A DNA stretch of 64,000 nt from the human T2T-CHM13v2.0 reference genome, Homo sapiens. Position numbers and translations under genes: made by a program. Shown in pieces: positions 29,476-43,630 of the stretch (positions are counted from its first letter, which is position 1; each line of letters opens with the position of its first letter). A model generated the notes under the pieces. That model saw only the letters and a list, made by a program, of their open reading frames with translations, was not told the origin of the DNA and made no database searches. The stretch lies in the NCBI RefSeq assembly GCF_009914755.1, contig NC_060938.1; one strand, given 5' to 3'.

Positions 29476-30818
29476 GCCATTCATTCATACACGTGTTTGG
29501 GGTTTTCAGTTACATTAAGCAACATGTTTTGCAGCTACTTGGTTTGATAGTGCCAAATCTACCCGGAAATGATTTCAGCCCTAAGGAAAACAGCTCCTGC
29601 TACAGTGGAACACACAGTAGACAGGCACGAGAGAATAACCAAGGATTAGACCGAGGCGTTGTCATGCGTTTGGCTCATTAAGCCATGCATGTTAGGCTTG
29701 GAGCTCTATTTTGAGGTGTGTTGAGACCAAATCCTTCTCCTAGATCCCAGTACTTAAGCCTGGCAGGAAAAAAAGCTGAGTACACTGTGGTTTTAGAGTG
29801 TACCTTTTGATAAATAGTTTGCAGCATGTCCCTGAAAGGGGAATTTTTTCCTTTGTCTTGCAAATGTCAAATTGTACTTTTCTGTAAACTTTGTAAGTAG
29901 AAATGTGAAGTGGTACAAGTGCTCTGTTGCTTTTTGGTGAAAATGCTCACACATGATGAATTTCTCAGTTCAGTTGCAAAGAGAAGTTAGTGAAACCTGA
30001 CAGGCAAACTACCCCACACCCTGGAGAACAGTGTCCTGGGGGTGTCTGGTTTGCTAGGTGTGTGGCTGGTGCAGCAATGGGAAGGTGGCGCTTTGACTGC
30101 CTGGCCCCTCACATCTTGCTCCTCCCTTTTCACTGCTCCTCTGGCCTCCAGAGTAGCCATGTAAGCCTGTGCTTTCACGTACAGAATTGCTGCTCTACCC
30201 TGTTCTTGGCATTTGCGTAAAAATTTACTGTGTTCCGCTGACAAAATTCTAGAATCTCAAAGCTGGAATGGAGTTCAAAGTTATATACCCTTCTTCTTTC
30301 AAAGCATGAATATCCAACATCTGCCGAGCAGTCATTTTTTTCTGTACTTAAACACCTATAAGCAAAGAGGAACTTACTTCCTCCACTTTCAGGGATGTAC
30401 GGCTTTTGGAAATTTCGCCTTTCTGTTGACTCAAACATTGTTTCCCAGTAGCTTCAGTTCACTGGTTCTGGACCACCTATAAGGGGTAGACTTAAAAAAA
30501 AAAAATACAGCTCTCTTACAAGAAAGCTGTGGAGATATGTGAAGGCAGTCTGGGTCTCCCAATCTAGTTTACCTGTTAACAAAGGAAATACTATTAGCCT
30601 GATAGTCGCTCGTTCTAGCTGTTTCTTCAGGATTACTGATTTCTCAGTAATCCATAAACCATCCATGTTATTAGGCATTCTAGATACTTGGATCAATATC
30701 CGGTTGACTTGTCACGTTCTTCTCTTACGAAATCAGAACTATCTGAACTAGCAGTTGGCTAACTGAACTGAGTTATGTTATTATAGCTCATGTTACTTCT
30801 TTTGGGTAAGACTTGGTC

Positions 30819-31102
30819 TTTTTTTTTGAGACACGGTCTCCCTCTGTTGCCCAGGCTGGAGTGCAGCGGTGCAGCTCACTGCAGCCTAGAGCTCCTGGGC
30901 TCAAACCATCCTCCCACCTCAGCCTCCCAAGTATCTGGGACTACAAGTGTGTACCAGCACACCCAGCTAATTTTTGTAATATTTTTAGAGATGGGGTCTC
31001 GCTATGTTGCCCAGGCTGGTCTCAAACTCCTGGGCTCAAGCAACCCTCCCACTGTGGCCTCCTAAAGTGCTGGAATTACAGCTTGAACCACCATGCCCAT
31101 CC
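30819..31102 (-). mobile_element. AluJ, antisense
   Basis: Full dimer; TSD CTTGGTCTTT. Confidence 0.92.
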
Positions 31103-31584
31103 TTGGTCTTTAACTGGATATTGTTGATGCTGACTATAGAGTAGCAAGCACGGTGGAAAGTTAATTGGTGTGGTGATCTCAAAAAAGGATATTTAAATTT
31201 TCCTGTTGTAAGGATCTCAGGAATTTAATTCCTGCATCCATTTGAGAGTATAGCTTCAGCCTGTATGTGCACATGAAAATAGAGAAGGTAGTCATAAATC
31301 CCAGAACTGAGGATCTCTGTGCACAGCCCACTCTGCAAAGGTGGATATTTTCCTCTCAAATCAATCTGTGACTTGCTCAAGGGTGAATTACCAAAGATGA
31401 AACATGGGCTGAGCACGGGGGTGGGATGGGGGAGACAAGAAAATCACCTTTGGGTATGTCAAAATAGAGGTACCTATGGAACTCCTTCAAATGGTCCATC
31501 TCAAAGTTGGAAATACCAGGATAATGTTTAAGACTGGCCACAGACTCAGGTTGATTGCATGGAACAGCATGAAAATGAGACAGT

Positions 31585-31820
31585 ATTGGCTTACAGTTAA
31601 GAACGAGGCTTTGAAGTCAAACTTAGATTTAAAACTTACCCCCACAATGTACTGTAATTCTGTGATATTGTACCAACTCTTTAATTCTCTAAGCCTCCGT
31701 TTCTTAATCTACATGAGGATAACAGTACTATCCATTCCATGGAGTTACAGTGAAAATTAATTCATGTGGCTTGCTTATTCCAGTGTCTGACATCAGCAAA
31801 TCCTCCATATACATTATCAG
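31585..31820 (+). mobile_element. MIR
   Basis: ctctaagcctccgtttcttaatctacatgaggataac core. Confidence 0.7.
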
Positions 31821-32640
31821 TTGTTAAGAAGAAAAGTGATCCAGGGAAGGAAATTAAACAATGAATTTACTTGAAAGACAGATTCCATAAGGAAATTGTT
31901 GAATAAATTATGGTTATACCCGTACTGTGGAATATTATGCAACAATTAAAAGAAAGAATACATTAGATCTACATATATTGACCTGGATGGTTTGTCCCTG
32001 ATAGATAAATAAATGAAAAAAAGAGAGATGTGTGCTCATTTTAATCCCATTAAAAAAAAAAGCAGTAGCGAAAGCTACACCAAGAGTCTCATACGTTTCC
32101 TCATTTGTCATGGCTACATAAGGGCTTGCATCTTGAGCTCTTTTTTGTTCATTTCATTTGTTATCCCTCAATTTCTGGCACAGGGCATGGCAATATTTCT
32201 TTTTTCTTGTCTTCATTTCTGTTTTATTTCTAGCAACTGAGCCAACATTTGTCTGCAGGAATTCATGGTGGGGAGTAAGTGATGAGAAGATGGGTGGAAA
32301 CACAGTATCATTTATTGACTAAAGAGCAGTGTCACTTTAATTTAATTTTAAAATGTAAATTAATGCATATACATAAAAAGGACACTTTTAGCTGTTCTAA
32401 AATGATTACAGTGAATGCTAAATCCTCTTCATACCCTTGTCCCCAGTCTCTCAATTCCTCTTCCTCAAGACATGTCCTTATATGTCCTTCCAGAAATGGT
32501 CTATGCATATGCAAGCTCTGCATTTGAATGTCTCCTGTTGAAAAACAAATGGTGGTATATTATCTACCTGAAGAACAGAGATTTTTTCCTAAGTCTTTAG
32601 AGAGATGAAATCTAAATCCTTAAAGAAAGGTAGTAGGTAG

Positions 32641-32959
<319 letters not shown>

Positions 32960-34695
32960 TTCAATCTTTTCTTTTATCAGAAGGGTCTATGGGTGACAGT
33001 TCAAGTCCTGGAAATAATTCTGCTATCTCTTGTTGGAGAAAGTGCTGGTTTTTTCAGATCAGGCAACAGGCTTATAAACGTTTATTGCAGTTACAAGCTA
33101 CAAAGAAAGATTTCTTTCCAGCACTACTGCTCCAGGTAGAGCAGTTGCACCAGTCATTATTTATAACTGGATTAAAGAGTAGCAGCACATACTTCTACCG
33201 TGGTTATAGAGTGCCTTCTGTTGTACAGAGTGGACTGCTTATTCACCAGGGAGTTCTCAAACACCTTTCTCTATGGGCGCTGTCCCAAATAATGTCAAGA
33301 GAGAAAAAATTAAAAATGAGCTCCTGCCCTCTAAGAACAGATGGGAGCAGCCCCAAATCTTGCAAATGAAGCAAGAGGGGGTATTCAGTCTTTAATCCAA
33401 GCAGCTAGAAGCTTGCCTTTCCCAAGTTCACCCAGTGAGGATTTTAACACTCCTTTGACAAAGAAATGGGGCCGAGCAGCAGAGGAAGGCAGGTGACACT
33501 GAGTCATGGAATTCACCCTTTCGAGCCCTTCCTGGGGGATGTGTGGCTCTTGGGTTGGTTCTTGAAGGAAAGGAATGAATGTAAGAGAGGAAGGGAAGCA
33601 GGCTTTTTTTTTTTTTTTTTTTTGACTCCTACACAGAAGATGGAATTGAGAAAAATATACTGTGGCGGTGAAATCAACTTACAAAACTGAGGAGGAAAAT
33701 TTTGACAAAAGCAAACCCAAAATCTGATTACTGTGGGGCTGTCCATTTTATTGCTGCACCAAGGAGCAGGGTAGATACTATTTTGGCCTAAAGAACACTG
33801 AAATTTTGTTTTCTCATTTGCAAATAGACAGGTTCAAACCCGTCAGAGGCCGTAACTGAGTTTCCCTGTGACTGATTTGTATGTGTGTTAGTGGTTTTTT
33901 TTTTTTTTTTCCTGTAAGAATCTGGTTGAGTAATTCAGAAGGTTAAAAAACAACAAAACAGAAATAAGTGAGAAAAGTTAACTGAGGTCTGCCACATATG
34001 CCGGGAAGGTGCCCACAGACTGGCAGAATCTGTGCAGTCTTTGTCTGTTTCTGCCTATGCAAATACTAAGCCACGCTCAACAGAGCTTGAGCGTTGTATC
34101 TGTTCAACTGCCATTTAAGAAACAGGACTCTGTTCTCAACAGCTTATTCCTTGGGGTTTCAGAATGTAAAATATTAAGTGTGTATAATCACAGGCCAGGT
34201 TCCCAGCATTTCTCGGCATTTCAGCTTTGGCAGGAGGAATGGGAAAAACTGAAGTTTTTATGTCCAGGAAGGCTGAGTGTAATCTTTGTTCTGTGGCACT
34301 GGGAAAGGAAGTGAATCTGTTACAAAGCGCTTTACCTCTGAAGCATGTCTCAGGGGCAGCTGTGCTTTGTGCCATGTATTCTGTTTTCATAAAAAGAAAG
34401 AGGTAGAGTCGAGGGCTTACCATGAAGAGTATTTTCACAGTATCTCACTTGATATATCATCCAGGGAAAGTGACCTGTGTTATACTTTGTGTTTTAAGAT
34501 ATAACTCTAGAATCAAAAACTTACCAGAGAAGCTCAAGATACTTTACTTTGCAAGAATTAATTCTCAAGATAAAAACTCATCAGAGTTCAAGATAAGAAG
34601 GGTTCAATTAACAACACATTTTAAATGGAAGAATTATTTAAAAAATTGTTTTAACTTTGAATGAGCTTAGATTAACTTACCTGTTGCAGAGGTAG

Positions 34696-35089
<394 letters not shown>

Positions 35090-35755
35090 GTCTGAGGCCC
35101 ATTTTGGGCGGTACACTGCATGGTCATCATACAAAGAGGTGTCTGCATTTCTACTTTTTTTTCTTTAAGATGGTAGAACCAAACAAAAAAGGGTGTTTTT
35201 ACAAATTGAGAGGGGTCCCTCTGTAGGAGGGGAATTTCTCCAGCATTTTCCTTTGATGGAGTATTCTCCTCTCGTTCAGAAATAGGAAATTTAGTAACTA
35301 AAGCATTAAGAACAGATTTATTTTTTAACATCAGTCACTACCTTAGTTTCAGAGACACACTGGGGGAAATTGCCTTTCCCTTACGCCTCTTGTTTTATGT
35401 CCTTTATATGAGATGTTAATATATTTACATGAGGTATAAATTTGTCTGTAACTTTATAGGTTTGTATTCATTTATTAATCCATCCATCCATTCATTTACT
35501 CATTCAACAAATGTTAATTGAGACCTATTTTTTGCCTGGAGATATAATAGTGACCACAATAGGCCTGCTCCCTGCCCACAGGAAGCAGGCATTCTAGTGT
35601 AAGCACACAAACAAGTAAAAGTAATTACCAATTGTGAAAGTTACATGGAAGGAAATAAGTGAGCTTTTATTTGTGGTTTTATTTCATAGAGCTGAAGGAA
35701 GTGAAGAGACAGATACCTCTCTCCCCACTTCTTTCATTGCTGAATGTCTGAAGTA

Positions 35756-36425
<670 letters not shown>

Positions 36426-37496
36426 GTATTTTATCTGGGGTTTCAAACTCAAATACCTTCAGAGTAGAGGCCAATGGGGACACTCCTGTCTCATGGTTCT
36501 AACCAGAGGGGACTTGCATATCCATTCACCTAAAGCTCCGTTAAGAAAGGTGAGGAGCCCCGAGCCAGACCCACAGGAAGTGTCCCCAGGTTGCATTTGG
36601 CTCTGGTCACATATTCACTTTTTCCAGAGTCCCCAAGGTATACTTTAGTTCCACATCAATGCCTACCAGGCCTGGTTCAGTCTTACATTTCAAAAGGTCC
36701 CCTTGTGGGTCTCGGAGAAAAAGAGAGCAGCATTAGAATTTTACTACCACAGTGAGTTTTTCCACTTCACTTTGGAAACATTGAGCTATTCCTACGCAGT
36801 TTGGATGACAGAAATACTGTGCTCAGTGCAATCTACTGGAAAATCTGAGTGCTTGGAAAAATGTCAGGAATACTCTCTTTTGTCATGGAATTTCTCCATA
36901 TTGCGGCGGTACTTCAGTGTGAGTCAGCAGGAGGAACTTCGGTGCACCAAGCAGGCCTCACATCAGTGGGGTTGTGCGTCCCAGCTCTGATTGAAGTCAG
37001 GGGGGTGGGTAAGTGATGTCCTGGCCAGTCCAGGGATGGGGGCTATTTCTAGTGTGCAATGCTGGCCCTCCTGAACCAAATGTGAACCCCCCTGGACTCT
37101 CGCATGAGTTTCTCTGGAAAGCTCGTCTTCTCTTCTTTACCCAACCCCTCCCCCTACCACTCTTCCAGAAAGTTGCTCTTCAGAATTCCATGAAGGATGG
37201 AAGCAGCCCTGAACTAACTGCCCTGGGGCTCTTTATTCTCAGGCTACCAAGAAAAGAAAAAAATGCTAAGAAGCAGGGACCTGGCTGCCTGATCTTCCCT
37301 ATGGTCACTGGCTCTTCTTGAACAGGCATGTAATGAAATAGTGTGGAACAGTAAGAAAGCTCCTACAGGCAGAGGCCATCCATGAAGCCTCTTCTCAGGC
37401 AATGGAGTCTTCAAATGGAATGACCACAGACTGTTTTCTTTGAAGGTGAATGCACATGTCTAAGCCCTAAATTGCCCTGCTAAAATCGTCTTCCCT

Positions 37497-38705
37497 TGGA
37501 CACCAAAAGCATAGCTGACAAAAGCAAAAATAAGTGAGAGGGAGTACATCAAACTAAAAAGCTGCTGCATAGGACAGGAAACACTTGACAAAATGGAAAG
37601 GCAACCTATGGAAAGGGAGAAAATAGTTGCAGATCTGATAAGGGGTTAGTATCCAAAGCATATAAGCAACTTATACAACCCAATAGCAAAAACTAATAAT
37701 AATAACCTGATTAAAATGGACAAAGGACCTGAATAGACATTTCTCCAAAGAAGATATGCACATGGCCAGTAGGTTTATGAAAAGTTGCTCAACATCACTA
37801 ACCATCTGGGAAATGCAAATGAAAACCACAATGAAATATCACCTCATACGTGTTAGGATGGTTATCCAAAAACCTGAGGACAAGTGTTGGCAAGGGTGTG
37901 GAGAAAAGGGAACCCTATGCACTGTTGGTGGGAATGTAAATTGGTGCAGCCACTAAGCAAAACAATATGTAGGTTCCTCAAAAAAATTACAAATAGAACT
38001 ATCATATGACCCAGCAATCCCATTCCTGGATCTATAACCAAAGGAATTGGAATCTGGATCTCAGAGATGTCTGCACTCTCATGATCATTGCAGCGTTATT
38101 CACGATAGTCAAAATATGGAAACAATCTAAATGTCCTTCTGCAGACAAATAGATAAAGAAAATTTGCTATGGAATATTATTCAGCCTTAAAAAAGAAGGA
38201 AATCCTATCATTCCGGACAGTGTGGATGGGCCTGGAGGAGATTATGCCAAATGAAATAAGGCAGACCCAGAAAGACAGATACTGCATGATCTCACTCATA
38301 TATGGAATCTAAAATAGTCAAAATCATAGAAGCAGGGAGTAGAATGGTGGTTGCCAAGGGTGGTTGGGGGACAGAGAAATGGGAAGATGTTGATCAAAGG
38401 GTACAAAATTTCAGTTATGCAGGATAAATAAGCTCTGGAAATCCTACTGTACAACATAAGACCTATGATTAACAATGCTGTACTGTATACTTAAAATTTT
38501 GCTAAGAGAGTACATCTTAAGTGCTCTTATCACCAAGAAAAAAACACAAAGGAGGCAGGAGGAAACCTTTGAAGATTATGTACAGGTTTATTGCACTGAC
38601 AGTAGTGATGATTTTACAGGTATACACCTCTCCAAACACATCAAGTTGCATACATTAAGTATCTACAGCTTTTTGTATGTCAGTTATTCCTTAATAAAGC
38701 AGTTA
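37497..38705 (+). mobile_element. Old L1 (L1MA/MB-like): ORF2 end and 3' UTR
   Basis: catcaaactaaaaagct; aatagacatttctccaaagaagat; tgcactgttggtgggaatgtaaattggtgcagcc; gacccagcaatcccattcctgg. Confidence 0.9.
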
Positions 38706-40144
38706 TTTTTAAAAATCCTCTTCCCTTTGGTCCCCCAGCCTTTAACATGGCAATTGACATGGCAATTGACATGATAAAAGCTACTGTATTTCCTTGATTT
38801 AAAAAAACCACAGCTCACAAAATGCCCATGATTGCTGATTTGATTAAAACAACTGTACTAGCAGCTGGCAAGTGTTTTTTTAGCCACTAGTTTTAAGGAA
38901 CATTCCTGTTTCAGAAGTATCAAAGGGGAGGGAGCAGCACAGATCATAGAATCAAAGTGATACAGAGATTAGAGTTGTGTTCCCCTCTAGGTAGTGATAG
39001 AGGAATTGTTTCCTCTCTAGGCACAGTGATAGAGGGTGGCTTCGTTAACAGTATTATTAAGGCCATCTTACTGACAGCAAAAGGGAAACAAGACAGAGTC
39101 TTGATAGTTGGGTAAAAGGATCAGTTAAATTTGAAAGCGCTTCCTTTTGTATGTTCCGGTCAGTCTTCTGCAGGAGGAGGATGTATAAAGTCCACTGTGT
39201 CAGAAAAGCAGTCAGTCTACCCCTCCCCAGTTTCCATCTGGGTATCTTTGTGCTCCTGGTCATTTCTTTCCCAGAAATTGGGGGATCTGGTCTCAGATAA
39301 GAGGAGTGGGTTTGGATGTCCCAATATCACATATGGTAAGGATGAAAAACATGGATAAGATGATTGAGTTTATCTTGTATATGAGGCCATGTGTTGTAAA
39401 TGGTCTTTTTTTGCTAACTTTCTTGACTCTCTAGATGTATCTTGAGGAGTGAAGCATGAGGACACTGTTTTACTCAGTCACAACCTAGAGTCAAGTTTTT
39501 TTCTGTTATTTTCTCAAGACAGTGCTACCAATTAGATTGTATGCATCCCATTTGTCCTCATTTGATTCCCATCCATGTTCTCACCTTCTCCAAGGTGACT
39601 GTTATTCTGATTAATGTTCAGATTCCTGTAATGCATTGTTAGCATTGGGTGCTGGATCTGAGCCAGTCCAGGGTCTGGAGAGCTATGCAGAGATAGAAGT
39701 GGACTCCAGAAAGAGGCCCCCGAATCCTGCCATTCCCTCTCCAAGGTGCCAGAGTTTGCAGTTTCCAGGAATTGCATGTGATGCAGATTGTAAATTACGC
39801 GTAAATATGTATTTGTGTCTTAAATGACTTTTTTAGTTTGGAGAATGCCCTTCACCCTATGACTGGCATACCGCAACACACTCATTAGCCCTTTGTTGGC
39901 TGACACTTTGAAAACATGCAGCCTCAAAGACCATTGTTAAGTCATCCATGGGGTTTGTTTGACCATGAAGGAGACTTCTTCACCATTGAGTTACCAGGTT
40001 CAACAGGTCCTGGGCATCTGCTTTGTGCTGTTTACCTCTGAAGATCAAAAGATAAATCAGAATCTTTGCTCTCAGGATTTAGTCTACTGGGAATTCTAAA
40101 CACACATAAATTGACGATGTAAGATATGGTACCATAAATGCTCA

Positions 40145-40537
<393 letters not shown>

Positions 40538-41334
40538 CTATGAATGCTGATGGAGAGGTTCAGTGGAGGCCTTGAGGAGATGACACTTGATTCTGATATG
40601 CAAGTTTTCCATTAACAGTGAAACAGGGAAGTCCATGCTAGGTAGACATAGCGACAGGGACAGAGGCGTGGAGGCAGAAAAGCGTCCTGTGCTAAGGAAT
40701 CATGAGGACTCGGTATGATCAGAGGACCAGAGCCTGGGAAGGAGCAGGGCAGAGCTGGCAGCTGAGGTAGATGGGGGTGAGAACCTGGAAGGTTTTGAAT
40801 GTTGGGCTAGGAAGTGTGGGCTTTATTTTATTTGCCTTTCAATAGAAGCCAACAGAGGTTTTTGAGGAAGAGACTAACAGGAAATAAATGCAGTGTGTTA
40901 GAGTAAGTAACAGAGGAGTAAGCCTGGAAGCCAGGAGTTCAAGTAGGAGGTCTTCTCATAGGTCAGGCAAGAAACAGTCACAGCTTGGGGCAAGCCAGTA
41001 ATGGTGGGAAGAGAAAGGAAAAGAGGAGGGGGAGCGATTCACATCGAAGGGAGTCTGATGATGTGGTTGGGGGACCAAGGAGTAGGCGTTAAAGATGACT
41101 CCGAGATTTCCAGTGAAGGAGCTTTTAACTGAGTAGGGATAGCAACAGAGTACAGTTTAGTTTTTGTTTTTTTGTGTTTAAAGAAACACTTCTGGTAGTT
41201 TTGCCCATAAAGCAGTTAGAGATGCGGCCTGGCTCTCCGGAGAGAGGTGTCAGGATAGGGATTTAGACTGGGGAGCCATCTGTCTAAGGGAATACTTGAA
41301 CTCACGGGACTCAACTGCAAGGTAAAGTGTCAAG

Positions 41335-41510
41335 CAGGGCAACTGTGCACAACTGGGCAGATTGGGCCCTGAACAAACCTAGGGAGTGCCACCGTATCCT
41401 AGTCATTGTAGATTTGTGCAATGATTGAATTTTCTGGCAGATGGCAGTCAGATGTCTTGAGAAAGGGGCACCTTTTTCTAATGTGCACAAAGGTACCATA
41501 TGGTGTGGCA
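41335..41510. mobile_element. MER91B-like hAT-Tip100 relic
   Basis: tgtgcacaactg...tagatttgtg...ttctggcagatggcag...aggggcacctttttctaatgtgcacaaaggtaccatatgg. Confidence 0.55.
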
Positions 41511-43418
41511 GGAATGCTGGAAGTAAACCCAGGCAAGAGCCAAGAACAGAACCTTAGGGAACCAGCTATCCTATAAGGGAGGGTGGAGGAGGAGGAGCCT
41601 CCGGAGGAGACACTTAGGGGTGGTGAGAGACTTAGGTAGGATTTAAGTGTTTAGTTGCCTCCAATTTGCCTGAAAATAGAGTCACCACACAGTGAACTCT
41701 CATCTTACTTTGGTTTAATGACTCAAGTAGAGCCTCTGCTCATATTATCCATCAGTTCTTCCTTTTCACATAGCCGGTGAGTTTTCCTTGGCACTAGCAA
41801 GTGGGATCATTAACTGTCTCCATTTGGTTCGGATGTAGAATTATTAAACCTGTGGTTCTGGTCTTGAGAGCCAATGCCTGGCAGGTGACTGTGGCCCAGG
41901 GTGAATACCTGCTGCAAAGCCTCCTCTAGAAGGCCCACTGCAGAGCCTGCCTGGGGAGCTCCTAGGAGGGCAAAGGGCACCCTGCCAGGCAAGTCACCTG
42001 TCACACCTGGCTCCAGCCAGCTAGGAGTCAGATTGGGGCAGCCCCCCACCCAGAACTGCCAGAGCCTCTCGGATGGCTCAAGTCCTCACCTCTGAGGGCC
42101 TGGCAGGGTGAAGAACGCTCCTTGCCTCCTGAACCATATAAGAAAGAAAAGGCATCTCCAGAGCTATAGCTTGGAGGCTTGGCTCCTTTATGGCATAAAC
42201 TACAAAGGCGCACAGCCTCCCCGATGTGTGCCAATAAGATGGCATAAATGCTTCTTGTGGAAGAGAAGGCTTGTGCCCTGCCTTGGCACATGATCCTCTG
42301 CCCACACATGCTTGTCATTGCTGCTTCCTGGCGCTTGTGACCTCCTTTGCATCAGTGGAAAGTTACAGGAGGAGAGATAGCACCACCTTTCTAGTCAGGA
42401 ATCTGTCACGCAACCCAGATCAAAAACTTCAAGTTCACTTCTGTGTCAATGGGATCCCGACTCTGTGGGTGGATAGAACATTGTGTGGAAAGGCTGTAAA
42501 ACTCAGAGTGTAACTGCAGTTTTTATCTGAGTGGCTGGAACTCTAGCTTGTTTATTACCTAGATCAGACAGGTAAAATGTTCTACTTTCAAATAATTCAT
42601 GTTTTTCAGATCTTGAATTTTGGTAAATTTTTTTCATCAGTTGATTCTGTTTCTTAATTTGAGGAATAGAGTTCCTTTTCTAATGGGAAAATATATCACT
42701 TGTCATGTCTGTGGTGCTTTCTTGTGTTCTACAAACTCTACGTGAGCATAGGCTGTCTGGCTCTGGGGATCAGAAGCACTCAGGGAGCTCTGAGGACAGG
42801 ATTTCATATACTACATCCTGAAACTGGGCAGATGATCACATGACCCTTTTTTTTTTTTTTTTTTTTTTTAAAGCAGGGCTCAGAAGCAGAGAGAGAAAGA
42901 GAATTTTTCCACAGCCTCAGAGAGAAAATCCAGGAAAATCCAGGAGTAGAACTCATGAGGCTGAGGTTCTGGAACTGTGTTCCCAAACTGCCTTCTCTGG
43001 AAAAAATGCAGAGGGAACCAGCCGATTCCTAGTAAAAAATTTTTGACTTACTGACTTTCAAAAAGAAATGAGTTCCATATGATGGGAATTGCATTCTTTG
43101 ATTTGGACTTAAAGGATTTTCTGAGCTTTTAAATGGTTTCCTATGTAATATTCCATCTCTTCTGGTTTGGGAGTTTTCCATGAAATGCCTTTTTAAAAAA
43201 TACCCAAAGCATCAAATGAGCTTTTCAGCTTGATGAAGAACTTAAGAAATTTCATCATTCCTTTTCTTCCTGGCTGACCTTTTAATTTTACGCAAGATAT
43301 ACAGGAGTGATTTGTCTTGTCTGGTTTGTAAGGATTTTTAATCACCAGCCACACACATTAGTCACTGGCTTTTGTACGTACAAGCCCAATTTTCTTTGTT
43401 TTGGGGGTTTTTTAAATA

Positions 43419-43630
43419 AGTTTGTTTGTTCATTTATTTGGAGACATGGATCCTGTTCTGTCCCCCAGGCTGGAGTGCAGTGGCATGATCATATCCTCAA
43501 ACTCCTGGATTCACGTGATCCTTCCACCTCAGTCTCCCAAGTAGCTGGGACTACAGGTACACACCACCACACCCAGCTAGTTTTAAAAAAAATTTTATAG
43601 AGACAGGGTCTCACTGTGTTGCCCAAGCTG
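43419..43630 (-). mobile_element. Truncated AluJ, antisense
   Basis: caggctggagtgcagtggcatgatc...gagacagggtctcactgtgttgccca. Confidence 0.88.

Noticed and set aside
33830-33845. Pol III B-box-like GGTTCAAACCC
   Set aside because: No A-box or cloverleaf; not a tRNA gene.
38745-38773. Short tandem duplications (ACATGGCAATTG x2.4; also 61363-61400 and about 38975-39035)
   Set aside because: Two-copy slippage products; no spacer structure, so not CRISPR-like or a functional array.
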